From contig OZ024745.1 in the NCBI GenBank assembly GCA_964016885.1, forward strand, positions 91,698,001-91,762,000: 64,000 nt of DNA, written 5' to 3'. The DNA is from Eledone cirrhosa (Eukaryota). The notes below the pieces were generated by a model. The model made no database searches and was not told where the DNA came from. It saw nothing but the letters and a program-made list of their open reading frames with translations. Positions 27,694 to 43,400 of the stretch are shown one piece after another. Made by a program: the position numbers and the translations under genes. Numbering within the stretch: the stretch's first letter is position 1; each line of letters opens with the position of its first letter.

Positions 27694-30600
27694 TTTACTC
27701 TGTCTGAGTATCAAATAGCTCCACTAGATACAGTAAGTTATATTACTCTGTCTGAGTATCAAACAGCTCCACTAGATACAGTAAGTTATATTACTCTGTC
27801 TGAGTATCAAACAGCTCCACTAGATACAGTAAGTTATATTACTCTGTCTGAGTATCAAACAGCTCCTTTAGATACAGTAAGTTATATTACTCTGCCTGAG
27901 TATCAAATAGCTCCACTAGATACAGTAAGTTATATTACTCTGCCTGAGTATCAAACAGCTCCACTAGGTACAGTAAGTTATGTTACTCTGCCTGAGTATC
28001 AAACAGCTCCACTAGATGCAGTAAGTTATATTACTCTGCCTGAGTATCAAACAGCTCCACTAGATACAGTAAGTTATATTACTCTGTCTGAGTATCAAAC
28101 AGCTCCACTAGATACAGTAAGTTATATTACTCTGCCTGAGTATCAAACAGCTCCACTAGATACAGTAAGTTATATTACTCTGCCTGAGTATCAAACAGCT
28201 CCACTAGATACAGTAAGTTATATTACTCTGTCTGAGTATCAAACAGCTCCACTAGATACAGTAAGTTATATTACTCTGCCTGAGTATCAAACAGCTCCAC
28301 TAGATACAGTAAGTTATATTACTCTGCCTGAGTATCAAACAGCTCCACTAGATACAGTAAGTTCTATTACTCTGTCTGAGTATCAAACAGCTCCACTAGA
28401 TACAGTAAGTTATATTACTCTGTCTGAGTATCAAACAGCTCCACTAGATACAGTAAGTTATATTACTCTGTCTGAGTATCAAACAGCTCCACTAGATACA
28501 GTAAGTTATATTACTCTGTCTGAGTATCAAACAGCTCCACTAGATACAGTAAGTTATATTACTCTGTCTGAGTATCAAACACCTCCACTAGATACAGTAA
28601 GTTATATTACTCTGTCTGAGTATCAAACAGCTCCACTAGATACAGTAAGTTATATTACTCTGTCTGAGTATCAAACAGCTCCACTAGATACAGTAAGTTA
28701 TATTACTCTGTCTGAGTATCAAACAGCTCCACTAGATACAGTAAGTTATATTACTCTGCCTGAGTATCAAACAGCTCCACTAGATACAGTAAGTTATATT
28801 ACTCTGCCTGAGTATCAAACAGCTCCACTAGATACAGTAAGTTATATTACTCTGTCTGAGTATCAAACAGCTCCACTAGATACAGTAAGTTATATTACTC
28901 TGCCTGAGTATCAAACAGCTCCACTAGATACAGTAAGTTATATTACTCTGTCTGAGTATCAAACAGCTCCCCTAGATACAGTAAGTTATATTACTCTGTC
29001 TGAGTATCAAACATCTCCCCTAGATACAGTAAGTCATATTACTCTGCCTGAGTATCAGACAGCTCCACTAGATACAGTAAGTTATATTACTCTGTCTGAG
29101 TATCAAACAGCTCCACTAGATACAGTAAGTTATATTACTCTGTCTGAGTATCAAACAGCTCCACTAGATACAGTAAGTTATATTACTCTGTCTGAGTATC
29201 AAACAGCTCCACTAGATACAGTAAGTTATATTACTCTGTCTGAGTATCAAACAGCTCCCCTAGATACAGTAAGTTATATTACTCTGTCTGAGTATCAAAC
29301 ATCTCCCCTAGATACAGTAAGTCATATTACTCTGCCTGAGTATCAGACAGCTCCACTAGATACAGTAAGTTATATTACTCTGTCTGAGTATCAAACAGCT
29401 CCACTAGATACAGTAAGTTATATTACTCTGTCTGAGTATCAAACACCTCCACTAGATACAGTAAGTTATATTACTCTGTCTGAGTATCAAACAGCTCCAC
29501 TAGATACAGTAAGTTATATTACTCTGTCTGAGTATCAAACAGCTCCACTAGATACAGTAAGTTATATTACTCTGTCTGAGTATCAAACAGCTCCACTAGA
29601 TACAGTAAGTTATATTACTCTGTCTGAGTATCAAACACCGCCACTAGATACAGTAAGTTATATTACTCTGTCTGAGTATCAAACAGCTCCACTACATACA
29701 GTAAGTTATATTACTCTGCCTGAGTATCAAACAGCTCCACTACATACAGTAAGTTATATTACTCTGCCTGAGTATCAAACAGCTCCACTAGATACAGTAA
29801 GTTATATTACTCTGTCTGAGTATCAAACAGCTCCACTAGATACAGTAAGTTATATTACTCTGTCTGATTATCAAACAGCTCCACTACATACAGTAAGTTA
29901 TATTACTCTGCCTGAGTATCAAACAGCTCCACTACATACAGTAAGTTATATTACTCTGCCTGAGTATCAAACAGCTCCACTAGATACAGTAAGTTATATT
30001 ACTTTGTCTGAGTATCAAACACCTCCACTAGATACAGTAAGTTATATTACTCTGTCTGAGTATCAAACAGCTCCACTAGATACAGTAAGTTATATTACTC
30101 TGTCTGAGTATCAAACAGCTCCACTAGATACAGTAAGTTATATTACTCTGTCTGAGTATCAAACAGCTCCACTAGATACAGTAAGTTATATTACTCCGTC
30201 TGAGTATCAAACAGCTCCACTAGATACAGTAAGTTATATTACTCCGTCTGAGTATCAAACAGCTCCACTAGATACAGTAAGTTATATTACTCTGTCTGAG
30301 TATCAAACAGCTCCACTAGATACAGTAAGTTATATTACACTGCCTGAGTATCAAACATCTCCCCTAGATACAGTAAGTCATATTACTCTGCCTGAGTATC
30401 AGACAGCTCCACTAGATACAGTAAGTTATATTACTCTGTCTGAGTATCAAACAGCTCCACTAGATACAGTAAGTTATATTACTCTGTCTGAGTATCAAAC
30501 ACCTCCACTAGATACAGTAAGTTATATTACTCTGTCTGAGTATCAAACAGCTCCACTAGATACAGTAAGTTATATTACTCTGTCTGAGTATCAAACAGCT

Positions 30601-33600
30601 CCACTAGATACAGTAAGTTATATTACTCTGTCTGAGTATCAAACAGCTCCACTAGATACAGTAAGTTATATTACTCTGTCTGAGTATCAAACACCTCCAC
30701 TAGATACAGTAAGTTATATTACTCTGTCTGAGTATCAAACAGCTCCACTAGATACAGTAAGTTATATTACTCTGTCTGAGTATCAAACAGCTCCACTAGA
30801 TACAGTAAGTTATATTACTCTGTCTGAGTATCAAACAGCTCCACTAGATACAGTAAGTTATATTACTCTGTCTGAGTATCAAACAGCTCCACTAGATACA
30901 GTATGTTATATTACTCTGCCTGAGTATCAAACAGCTCCACTAGATACAGTAAGTTATATTACTCTGTCTGAGTATCAAACAGCTCCCCTAGATACAGTAA
31001 GTTATATTACTCTGTCTGAGTATCAAACATCTCCCCTAGATACAGTAAGTTATATTACTCTGCCTGAGTATCAAACAGCTCCACTAGATACAGTAAGTTA
31101 TATTACTCTGTCTGAGTATCAAACAGCTCCACTACATACAGTAAGTTATATTACTCTGTCTGAGTATCAAACACCTCCACTAGATACAGTAAGTTATATT
31201 ACTCTGTCTGAGTATCAAACAGCTCCACTAGATACAGTAAGTTATATTACTCTGTCTGAGTATCAAACAGCTCCACTAGATACAGTAAGTTATATTACTC
31301 TGTCTGAGTATCAAACAGCTCCACTAGATACAGTAAGTTATATTACTCTGTCTGAGTATCAAACACCGCCACTAGATACAGTAAGTTATATTACTCTGTC
31401 TGAGTATCAAACAGCTCCACTACATACAGTAAGTTATATTACTCTGCCTGAGTATCAAACAGCTCCACTACATACAGTAAGTTATATTACTCTGCCTGAG
31501 TATCAAACAGCTCCACTAGATACAGTAAGTTATATTACTCTGTCTGAGTATCAAACACCTCCACTAGATACAGTAAGTTATATTACTCTGTCTGAGTATC
31601 AAACAGCTCCACTAGATACAGTAAGTTATATTACTCTGTCTGAGTATCAAACAGCTCCACTAGATACAGTAAGTTATATTACTCTGTCTGAGTATCAAAC
31701 AGCTCCACTAGATACAGTAAGTTATATTACTCTGTCTGAGTATCAAACAGCTCCACTAGATACAGTAAGTTATATTACTCCGTCTGAGTATCAAACAGCT
31801 CCACTAGATACAGTAAGTTATATTACTCTGTCTGAGTATCAAACAGCTCCACTAGATACAGTAAGTTATATTACTCTGCCTGAGTATCAAACAGCTCCAC
31901 TAGATACAGTAAGTTATATTACTCTGTCTGAGTATCAAACAGCTCCCCTAGATACAGTAAGTTATATTACTCTGTCTGAGTATCAAACATCTCCCCTAGA
32001 TACAGTAAGTTATATTACTCTGCCTGAGTATCAAACAGCTCCACTACATACAGTAAGTTATATTACTCCGCCTGAGTATCAAACAGCTCCACTACATACA
32101 GTAAGTTATATTACTCTGCCTGAGTATCAAACAGCTCCCGTAGATACGGTAAGTTATATTACTCTGTCTGAGTATCAAACAGCTCCACTAGATACAGTAA
32201 GTTATATTACTCTGTCTGAGTATCAAACAGCTCCACTAGATACAGTAAGTTATATTACTCTGCCTGAGTATCAAACAGCTCCACTAGATACAGTAAGTTA
32301 TATTACTCTGCCTGAGTATCAAACAGCTCCACTAGATACAGTAAGTTATATTACTCTGTCTGAGTATCAAACAGCTCCACTACATACAGTAAGTTATATT
32401 ACTCTGCCTGAGTATCAAACAGCTCCACTAGATACAGTAAGTTATATTACTCTGCCTGAGTATCAAACAGCTCCACTAGATACAGTAAGTTATATTACTC
32501 TGTCTGAGTATCAAACAGCTCCACTAGATACAGTAAGTTATATTGCTCTGCCTGAGTATCAAACAGCTCCACTAGATACAGTAAGTTATATTACTCTGCC
32601 TGAGTATCAAATAGCTTCACTAGATACAGTAAGTTATATTACACTGCCTGAGTATCAAACAGCTCCACTAGGTACAGTAAGTTATATTACCCTGCCTGAG
32701 TATCAAATAGCTTCACTAGATACAGTAAGTTATATTACACTGTCTGAGTATCAAACAGCTCCACTAGGTACAGTAAGTTATATTACTCTGCCTGAGTATC
32801 AAACAGTTCCACTAGATGCAGTAAGTTATATTACTCTGCCTGAGTATCAAACAACTCCACTAGATACAGTAAGTTATATTACTCTGCCTGAGTATCAAAC
32901 AGCTCCACTAGATACAGTAAGTTATATTACTCCGTCTGAGTATCAAACAGCTCCACTAGATACAGTAAGTTATATTACTCCGTCTGAGTATCAAACAGCT
33001 CCACTAGATACAGTAAGTTATATTACTCTGTCTGAGTATCAAACAGCTCCACTAGATACAGTAAGTTATATTACTCTGCCTGAGTATCAAACAGCTCCAC
33101 TAGATACAGTAAGTTATATTACTCTGTCTGAGTATCAAACAGCTCCCCTAGATACAGTAAGTTATATTACTCTGTCTGAGTATCAAACATCTCCCCTAGA
33201 TACAGTAAGTTATATTACTCTGCCTGAGTATCAAACAGCTCCACTACATACAGTAAGTTATATTACTCCGCCTGAGTATCAAACAGCTCCACTACATACA
33301 GTAAGTTATATTACTCCGCCTGAGTATCAAACAGCTCCCGTAGATACGGTAAGTTATATTACTCTGTCTGAGTATCAAACAGCTCCACTAGATACAGTAA
33401 GTTATATTACTCTGTCTGAGTATCAAACAGCTCCACTAGATACAGTAAGTTATATTACTCTGCCTGAGTATCAAACAGCTCCACTAGATACAGTAAGTTA
33501 TATTACTCTGCCTGAGTATCAAACAGCTCCACTAGATACAGTAAGTTATATTACTCTGTCTGAGTATCAAACAGCTCCACTAGATACAGTAAGTTATATT

Positions 33601-36600
33601 ACTCTGTCTGAGTATCAAACAGCTCCACTAGATACAGTAAGTTATATTACTCTGCCTGAGTATCAAACAGCTCCACTAGATACAGTAAGTTATATTACTC
33701 TGTCTGAGTATCAAACAGCTCCCCTAGATACAGTAAGTTATATTACTCTGTCTGAGTATCAAACATCTCCCCTAGATACAGTAAGTTATATTACTCTGCC
33801 TGAGTATCAAACAGCTCCACTAGATACAGTAAGTTATATTACTCTGTCTGAGTATCAAACAGCTCCACTACATACAGTAAGTTATATAACTCTGTCTGAG
33901 TATCAAACACCTCCACTAGATACAGTAAGTTATATTACTCTGTCTGAGTATCAAACAGCTCCACTAGATACAGTAAGTTATATTACTCTGTCTGAGTATC
34001 AAACAGCTCCACTAGATACAGTAAGTTATATTACTCTGTCTGAGTATCAAACAGCTCCACTAGATACAGTAAGTTATATTACTCTGTCTGAGTATCAAAC
34101 ACCGCCACTAGATACAGTAAGTTATATTACTCTGTCTGAGTATCAAACAGCTCCACTACATACAGTAAGTTATATTACTCTGCCTGAGTATCAAACAGCT
34201 CCACTACATACAGTAAGTTATATTACTCTGTCTGAGTATCAAACAGCTCCACTAGATACAGTAAGTTATATTACTCTGTCTGAGTATCAAACAGCTCCAC
34301 TAGATACAGTAAGTTATATTACTCTGTCTGAGTATCAAACAGCTCCACTAGATACAGTAAGTTATATTACTCTGCCTGAGTATCAAACAGCTCCACTAGA
34401 TACAGTAAGTTATATTACTCTGTCTGAGTATCAAACAGCTCCCCTAGATACAGTAAGTTATATTACTCTGTCTGAGTATCAAACATCTCCCCTAGATACA
34501 GTAAGTTATATTACTCTGCCTGAGTATCAAACAGCTCCACTAGATACAGTAAGTTATATTACTCTGTCTGAGTATCAAACAGCTCCACTACATACAGTAA
34601 GTTATATTACTCTGTCTGAGTATCAAACACCTCCACTAGATACAGTAAGTTATATTACTCTGTCTGAGTATCAAACAGCTCCACTAGATACAGTAAGTTA
34701 TATTACTCTGTCTGAGTATCAAACAGCTCCACTAGATACAGTAAGTTATATTACTCTGTCTGAGTATCAAACAGCTCCACTAGATACAGTAAGTTATATT
34801 ACTCTGTCTGAGTATCAAACACCGCCACTAGATACAGTAAGTTATATTACTCTGTCTGAGTATCAAACAGCTCCACTACATACAGTAAGTTATATTACTC
34901 TGCCTGAGTATCAAACAGCTCCACTACATACAGTAAGTTATATTACTCTGCCTGAGTATCAAACAGCTCCACTAGATACAGTAAGTTATATTACTCTGTC
35001 TGAGTATCAAACACCTCCACTAGATACAGTAAGTTATATTACTCTGTCTGAGTATCAAACAGCTCCACTAGATACAGTAAGTTATATTACTCTGTCTGAG
35101 TATCAAACAGCTCCACTAGATACAGTAAGTTATATTACTCTGTCTGAGTATCAAACAGCTCCACTAGATACAGTAAGTTATATTACTCTGTCTGAGTATC
35201 AAACAGCTCCACTAGATACAGTAAGTTATATTACTCCGTCTGAGTATCAAACAGCTCCACTAGATACAGTAAGTTATATTACTCTGTCTGAGTATCAAAC
35301 AGCTCCACTAGATACAGTAAGTTATATTACTCTGCCTGAGTATCAAACAGCTCCACTAGATACAGTAAGTTATATTACTCTGTCTGAGTATCAAACAGCT
35401 CCCCTAGATACAGTAAGTTATATTACTCTGTCTGAGTATCAAACATCTCCCCTAGATACAGTAAGTTATATTACTCTGCCTGAGTATCAAACAGCTCCAC
35501 TACATACAGTAAGTTATATTACTCCGCCTGAGTATCAAACAGCTCCACTACATACAGTAAGTTATATTACTCTGCCTGAGTATCAAACAGCTCCCGTAGA
35601 TACGGTAAGTTATATTACTCTGTCTGAGTATCAAACAGCTCCACTAGATACAGTAAGTTATATTACTCTGTCTGAGTATCAAACAGCTCCACTAGATACA
35701 GTAAGTTATATTACTCTGCCTGAGTATCAAACAGCTCCACTAGATACAGTAAGTTATATTACTCTGCCTGAGTATCAAACAGCTCCACTAGATACAGTAA
35801 GTTATATTACTCTGTCTGAGTATCAAACAGCTCCACTACATACAGTAAGTTATATTACTCTGCCTGAGTATCAAACAGCTCCACTAGATACAGTAAGTTA
35901 TATTACTCTGCCTGAGTATCAAACAGCTCCACTAGATACAGTAAGTTATATTACTCTGTCTGAGTATCAAACAGCTCCACTAGATACAGTAAGTTATATT
36001 GCTCTGCCTGAGTATCAAACAGCTCCACTAGATACAGTAAGTTATATTACTCTGCCTGAGTATCAAATAGCTTCACTAGATACAGTAAGTTATATTACAC
36101 TGCCTGAGTATCAAACAGCTCCACTAGGTACAGTAAGTTATATTACCCTGCCTGAGTATCAAATAGCTTCACTAGATACAGTAAGTTATATTACACTGTC
36201 TGAGTATCAAACAGCTCCACTAGGTACAGTAAGTTATATTACTCTGCCTGAGTATCAAACAGTTCCACTAGATGCAGTAAGTTATATTACTCTGCCTGAG
36301 TATCAAACAACTCCACTAGATACAGTAAGTTATATTACTCTGCCTGAGTATCAAACAGCTCCACTAGATACAGTAAGTTATATTACTCCGTCTGAGTATC
36401 AAACAGCTCCACTAGATACAGTAAGTTATATTACTCCGTCTGAGTATCAAACAGCTCCACTAGATACAGTAAGTTATATTACTCTGTCTGAGTATCAAAC
36501 AGCTCCACTAGATACAGTAAGTTATATTACTCTGCCTGAGTATCAAACAGCTCCACTAGATACAGTAAGTTATATTACTCTGTCTGAGTATCAAACAGCT

Positions 36601-39600
36601 CCCCTAGATACAGTAAGTTATATTACTCTGTCTGAGTATCAAACATCTCCCCTAGATACAGTAAGTTATATTACTCTGCCTGAGTATCAAACAGCTCCAC
36701 TACATACAGTAAGTTATATTACTCCGCCTGAGTATCAAACAGCTCCACTACATACAGTAAGTTATATTACTCCGCCTGAGTATCAAACAGCTCCCGTAGA
36801 TACGGTAAGTTATATTACTCTGTCTGAGTATCAAACAGCTCCACTAGATACAGTAAGTTATATTACTCTGTCTGAGTATCAAACAGCTCCACTAGATACA
36901 GTAAGTTATATTACTCTGCCTGAGTATCAAACAGCTCCACTAGATACAGTAAGTTATATTACTCTGCCTGAGTATCAAACAGCTCCACTAGATACAGTAA
37001 GTTATATTACTCTGTCTGAGTATCAAACAGCTCCACTAGATACAGTAAGTTATATTACTCTGTCTGAGTATCAAACAGCTCCACTAGATACAGTAAGTTA
37101 TATTACTCTGCCTGAGTATCAAACAGCTCCACTAGATACAGTAAGTTATATTACTCTGTCTGAGTATCAAACAGCTCCCCTAGATACAGTAAGTTATATT
37201 ACTCTGTCTGAGTATCAAACATCTCCCCTAGATACAGTAAGTTATATTACTCTGCCTGAGTATCAAACAGCTCCACTAGATACAGTAAGTTATATTACTC
37301 TGTCTGAGTATCAAACAGCTCCACTACATACAGTAAGTTATATAACTCTGTCTGAGTATCAAACACCTCCACTAGATACAGTAAGTTATATTACTCTGTC
37401 TGAGTATCAAACAGCTCCACTAGATACAGTAAGTTATATTACTCTGTCTGAGTATCAAACAGCTCCACTAGATACAGTAAGTTATATTACTCTGTCTGAG
37501 TATCAAACAGCTCCACTAGATACAGTAAGTTATATTACTCTGTCTGAGTATCAAACACCGCCACTAGATACAGTAAGTTATATTACTCTGTCTGAGTATC
37601 AAACAGCTCCACTACATACAGTAAGTTATATTACTCTGCCTGAGTATCAAACAGCTCCACTACATACAGTAAGTTATATTACTCTGCCTGAGTATCAAAC
37701 AGCTCCACTAGATACAGTAAGTTATATTACTCTGTCTGAGTATCAAACAGCTCCACTAGATACAGTAAGTTATATTACTCTGCCTGAGTATCAAACAGCT
37801 CCACTAGATACAGTAAGTTATATTACTCTGTCTGAGTATCAAACAGCTCCACTAGATACAGTAAGTTATATTACTCTGCCTGAGTATCAAACAGCTCCAC
37901 TAGATACAGTAAGTTATATTACTCTGTCTGAGTATCAAACAGCTCCCCTAGATACAGTAAGTTATATTACTCTGTCTGAGTATCAAACATCTCCCCTAGA
38001 TACAGTAAGTCATATTACTCTGCCTGAGTATCAGACAGCTCCACTAGATACAGTAAGTTATATTACTCTGTCTGAGTATCAAACAGCTCCACTAGATACA
38101 GTAAGTTATATTACTCTGTCTGAGTATCAAACACCTCCACTAGATACAGTAAGTTATATTACTCTGTCTGAGTATCAAACAGCTCCACTAGATACAGTAA
38201 GTTATATTACTCTGTCTGAGTATCAAACAGCTCCAATAGATACAGTAAGTTATATTACTCTGTCTGAGTATCAAACAGCTCCACTAGATACAGTAAGTTA
38301 TATTACTCTGTCTGAGTATCAAACACCTCCACTAGATACAGTAAGTTATATTACTCTGTCTGAGTATCAAACAGCTCCACTACATACAGTAAGTTATATT
38401 ACTCTGCCTGAGTATCAAACAGCTCCACTACATACAGTAAGTTATATTACTCTGCCTGAGTATCAAACAGCTCCACTAGATACAGTAAGTTATATTACTC
38501 TGTCTGAGTATCAAACACCTCCACTAGATACAGTAAGTTATATTACTCTGTCTGAGTATCAAACAGCTCCACTAGATACAGTAAGTTATATTACTCTGCC
38601 TGAGTATGAAACAGCTCCACTAGATACAGTAAGTTATATTACTCTGTCTGAGTATCAAACAGCTCCACTAGATACAGTAAGTTATATTACTCTGCCTGAG
38701 TATCAAACAGCTCCACTAGATACAGTAAGTTATATTACTCTGTCTGAGTATCAAACAGCTCCCCTAGATACAGTAAGTTATATTACTCTGTCTGAGTATC
38801 AAACATCTCCCCTAGATACAGTAAGTCATATTACTCTGCCTGAGTATCAGACAGCTCCACTAGATACAGTAAGTTATATTACTCTGTCTGAGTATCAAAC
38901 AGCTCCACTAGATACAGTAAGTTATATTACTCTGTCTGAGTATCAAACACCTCCACTAGATACAGTAAGTTATATTACTCTGTCTGAGTATCAAACAGCT
39001 CCACTAGATACAGTAAGTTATATTACTCTGTCTGAGTATCAAACAGCTCCAATAGATACAGTAAGTTATATTACTCTGTCTGAGCATCAAACAGCTCCAC
39101 TAGATACAGTAAGTTATATTACTCTGTCTGAGTATCAAACACCTCCACTAGATACAGTAAGTTATATTACTCTGTCTGAGTATCAAACAGCTCCACTAGA
39201 TACAGTAAGTTATATTACTCTGTCTGAGTATCAAACAGCTCCACTAGATACAGTAAGTTATATTACTCTGTCTGAGTATCAAACACCTCCACTAGATACA
39301 GTAAGTTATATTACTCTGTCTGAGTATCAAACAGCTCCACTAGATACAGTAAGTTATATTACTCTCCCTGAGTATCAAACAGCTCCACTAGATACAGTAA
39401 GTTATATTACTCTGTCTGATTATCAAACAGCTCCACTACATACAGTAAGTTATATTACTCTGCCTGAGTATCAAACAGCTCCACTACATACAGTAAGTTA
39501 TATTACTCTGCCTGAGTATCAAACAGCTCCACTAGATACAGTAAGTTATATTACTTTGTCTGAGTATCAAACACCTCCACTAGATACAGTAAGTTATATT

Positions 39601-40413
39601 ACTCTGTCTGAGTATCAAACAGCTCCACTAGATACAGTAAGTTATATTACTCTGTCTGAGTATCAAACAGCTCCACTAGATACAGTAAGTTATATTACTC
39701 TGTCTGAGTATCAAACAGCTCCACTAGATACAGTAAGTTATATTACTCCGTCTGAGTATCAAACAGCTCCACTAGATACAGTAAGTTATATTACTCTGTC
39801 TGAGTATCAAACAGCTCCACTAGATACAGTAAGTTATATTACTCTGCCTGAGTATCAAACAGCTCCACTAGATACAGTAAGTTATATTACTCTGCCTGAG
39901 TATCAAATAGCTTCACTAGATACAGTAAGTTATATTACACTGCCTGAGTATCAAACAGCTCCACTAGGTACAGTAAGTTATATTACTCTGCCTGAGTATC
40001 AAATAGCTTCACTAGATACAGTAAGTTATATTACACTGCCTGAGTATCAAACAGCTCCACTAGGTACAGTAAGTTATATTACTCTGCCTGAGTATCAAAC
40101 AGTTCCACTAGATGCAGTAAGTTATATTACTCTGCCTGAGTATCAAACAACTCCACTAGATACAGTAAGTTATATTACTCTGCCTGAGTATCAAACAGCT
40201 CCACTAGATACAGTAAGTTATATTACTCTGCCTGAGTATCAAACAGCTCCACTAGATACAGTAAGTTATATTACTCTGTCTGAGTATCAAACAGCTCCAC
40301 TAGATACAGTAAGTTATATTACTCTGACTGAGTATCAAACAGCTCCACTAGATACAGTAAGTTATATTACTCTGCCTGAGTATCAAACAGCTCCACTAGA
40401 TACAGTAAGTTAA
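27694..40413 (+). other. Stop-free reading frame of (ITL[S/P]EYQTAPLDTVSY)n; by-product of the repeat, not called as a CDS
   Basis: The frame is open between TAA variants ending at 27693 and 40413 (265 monomers). I saw no in-frame ATG; the ORF-track start at 30004 is a variant TTG. Confidence refers to real coding function. Confidence 0.1.
30900..37700. repeat. Tandem duplication of 72 monomers (3,456 bp); boundaries approximate
   Basis: ATTGCTCTGCC at 32545/36001, ATAGCTTCA cassette at 32611/36067 and private TATAACT at 33885/37341. Confidence 0.9.
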
Positions 40414-43400
40414 TTTACTCTGTCTGAGTATCAAATAGCTCCACTAGATACAGTAAGTTATATTACTCTGTCTGAGTATCAAACAGCTCCACTAGATACA
40501 GTAAGTTATATTACTCTGTCTGAGTATCAAACAGCTCCACTAGATACAGTAAGTTATATTACTCTGTCTGAGTATCAAACAGCTCCTTTAGATACAGTAA
40601 GTTATATTACTCTGCCTGAGTATCAAATAGCTCCACTAGATACAGTAAGTTATATTACTCTGCCTGAGTATCAAACAGCTCCACTAGGTACAGTAAGTTA
40701 TGTTACTCTGCCTGAGTATCAAACAGCTCCACTAGATGCAGTAAGTTATATTACTCTGCCTGAGTATCAAACAGCTCCACTAGATACAGTAAGTTATATT
40801 ACTCTGTCTGAGTATCAAACAGCTCCACTAGATACAGTAAGTTATATTACTCTGCCTGAGTATCAAACAGCTCCACTAGATACAGTAAGTTATATTACTC
40901 TGCCTGAGTATCAAACAGCTCCACTAGATACAGTAAGTTATATTACTCTGTCTGAGTATCAAACAGCTCCACTAGATACAGTAAGTTATATTACTCTGCC
41001 TGAGTATCAAACAGCTCCACTAGATACAGTAAGTTATATTACTCTGCCTGAGTATCAAACAGCTCCACTAGATACAGTAAGTTCTATTACTCTGTCTGAG
41101 TATCAAACAGCTCCACTAGATACAGTAAGTTATATTACTCTGTCTGAGTATCAAACAGCTCCACTAGATACAGTAAGTTATATTACTCTGTCTGAGTATC
41201 AAACAGCTCCACTAGATACAGTAAGTTATATTACTCTGTCTGAGTATCAAACAGCTCCACTAGATACAGTAAGTTATATTACTCTGTCTGAGTATCAAAC
41301 ACCTCCACTAGATACAGTAAGTTATATTACTCTGTCTGAGTATCAAACAGCTCCACTAGATACAGTAAGTTATATTACTCTGTCTGAGTATCAAACAGCT
41401 CCACTAGATACAGTAAGTTATATTACTCTGTCTGAGTATCAAACAGCTCCACTAGATACAGTAAGTTATATTACTCTGCCTGAGTATCAAACAGCTCCAC
41501 TAGATACAGTAAGTTATATTACTCTGCCTGAGTATCAAACAGCTCCACTAGATACAGTAAGTTATATTACTCTGTCTGAGTATCAAACAGCTCCACTAGA
41601 TACAGTAAGTTATATTACTCTGCCTGAGTATCAAACAGCTCCACTAGATACAGTAAGTTATATTACTCTGTCTGAGTATCAAACAGCTCCCCTAGATACA
41701 GTAAGTTATATTACTCTGTCTGAGTATCAAACATCTCCCCTAGATACAGTAAGTCATATTACTCTGCCTGAGTATCAGACAGCTCCACTAGATACAGTAA
41801 GTTATATTACTCTGTCTGAGTATCAAACAGCTCCACTAGATACAGTAAGTTATATTACTCTGTCTGAGTATCAAACACCTCCACTAGATACAGTAAGTTA
41901 TATTACTCTGTCTGAGTATCAAACACCTCCACTAGATACAGTAAGTTATATTACTCTGTCTGAGTATCAAACAGCTCCACTAGATACAGTAAGTTATATT
42001 ACTCTGTCTGAGTATCAAACAGCTCCAATAGATACAGTAAGTTATATTACTCTGTCTGAGTATCAAACAGCTCCACTAGATACAGTAAGTTATATTACTC
42101 TGTCTGAGTATCAAACACCTCCACTAGATACAGTAAGTTATATTACTCTGTCTGAGTATCAAACAGCTCCACTAGATACAGTAAGTTATATTACTCTGTC
42201 TGAGTATCAAACAGCTCCACTAGATACAGTAAGTTATATTACTCTGTCTGAGTATCAAACACCTCCACTAGATACAGTACGTTATATTACTCTCCCTGAG
42301 TATCAAACAGCTCCACTAGATACAGTAAGTTATATTACTCTCCCTGAGTATCAAACAGCTCCACTAGATACAGTAAGTTATATTACTCTGTCTGATTATC
42401 AAACAGCTCCACTACATACAGTAAGTTATATTACTCTGCCTGAGTATCAAACAGCTCCACTACATACAGTAAGTTATATTACTCTGCCTGAGTATCAAAC
42501 AGCTCCACTAGATACAGTAAGTTATATTACTTTGTCTGAGTATCAAACACCTCCACTAGATACAGTAAGTTATATTACTCTGTCTGAGTATCAAACAGCT
42601 CCACTAGATACAGTAAGTTATATTACTCTGTCTGAGTATCAAACAGCTCCACTAGATACAGTAAGTTATATTACTCTGTCTGAGTATCAAACAGCTCCAC
42701 TAGATACAGTAAGTTATATTACTCTGTCTGAGTATCAAACAGCTCCACTAGATACAGTAAGTTATATTACTCCGTCTGAGTATCAAACAGCTCCACTAGA
42801 TACAGTAAGTTATATTACTCCGTCTGAGTATCAAACAGCTCCACTAGATACAGTAAGTTATATTACTCTGTCTGAGTATCAAACAGCTCCACTAGATACA
42901 GTAAGTTATATTACTCTGCCTGAGTATCAAACATCTCCCCTAGATACAGTAAGTCATATTACTCTGCCTGAGTATCAGACAGCTCCACTAGATACAGTAA
43001 GTTATATTACTCTGTCTGAGTATCAAACAGCTCCACTAGATACAGTAAGTTATATTACTCTGTCTGAGTATCAAACACCTCCACTAGATACAGTAAGTTA
43101 TATTACTCTGTCTGAGTATCAAACAGCTCCACTAGATACAGTAAGTTATATTACTCTGTCTGAGTATCAAACAGCTCCACTAGATACAGTAAGTTATATT
43201 ACTCTGTCTGAGTATCAAACAGCTCCACTAGATACAGTAAGTTATATTACTCTGTCTGAGTATCAAACACCTCCACTAGATACAGTAAGTTATATTACTC
43301 TGTCTGAGTATCAAACAGCTCCACTAGATACAGTAAGTTATATTACTCTGTCTGAGTATCAAACAGCTCCACTAGATACAGTAAGTTATATTACTCTGTC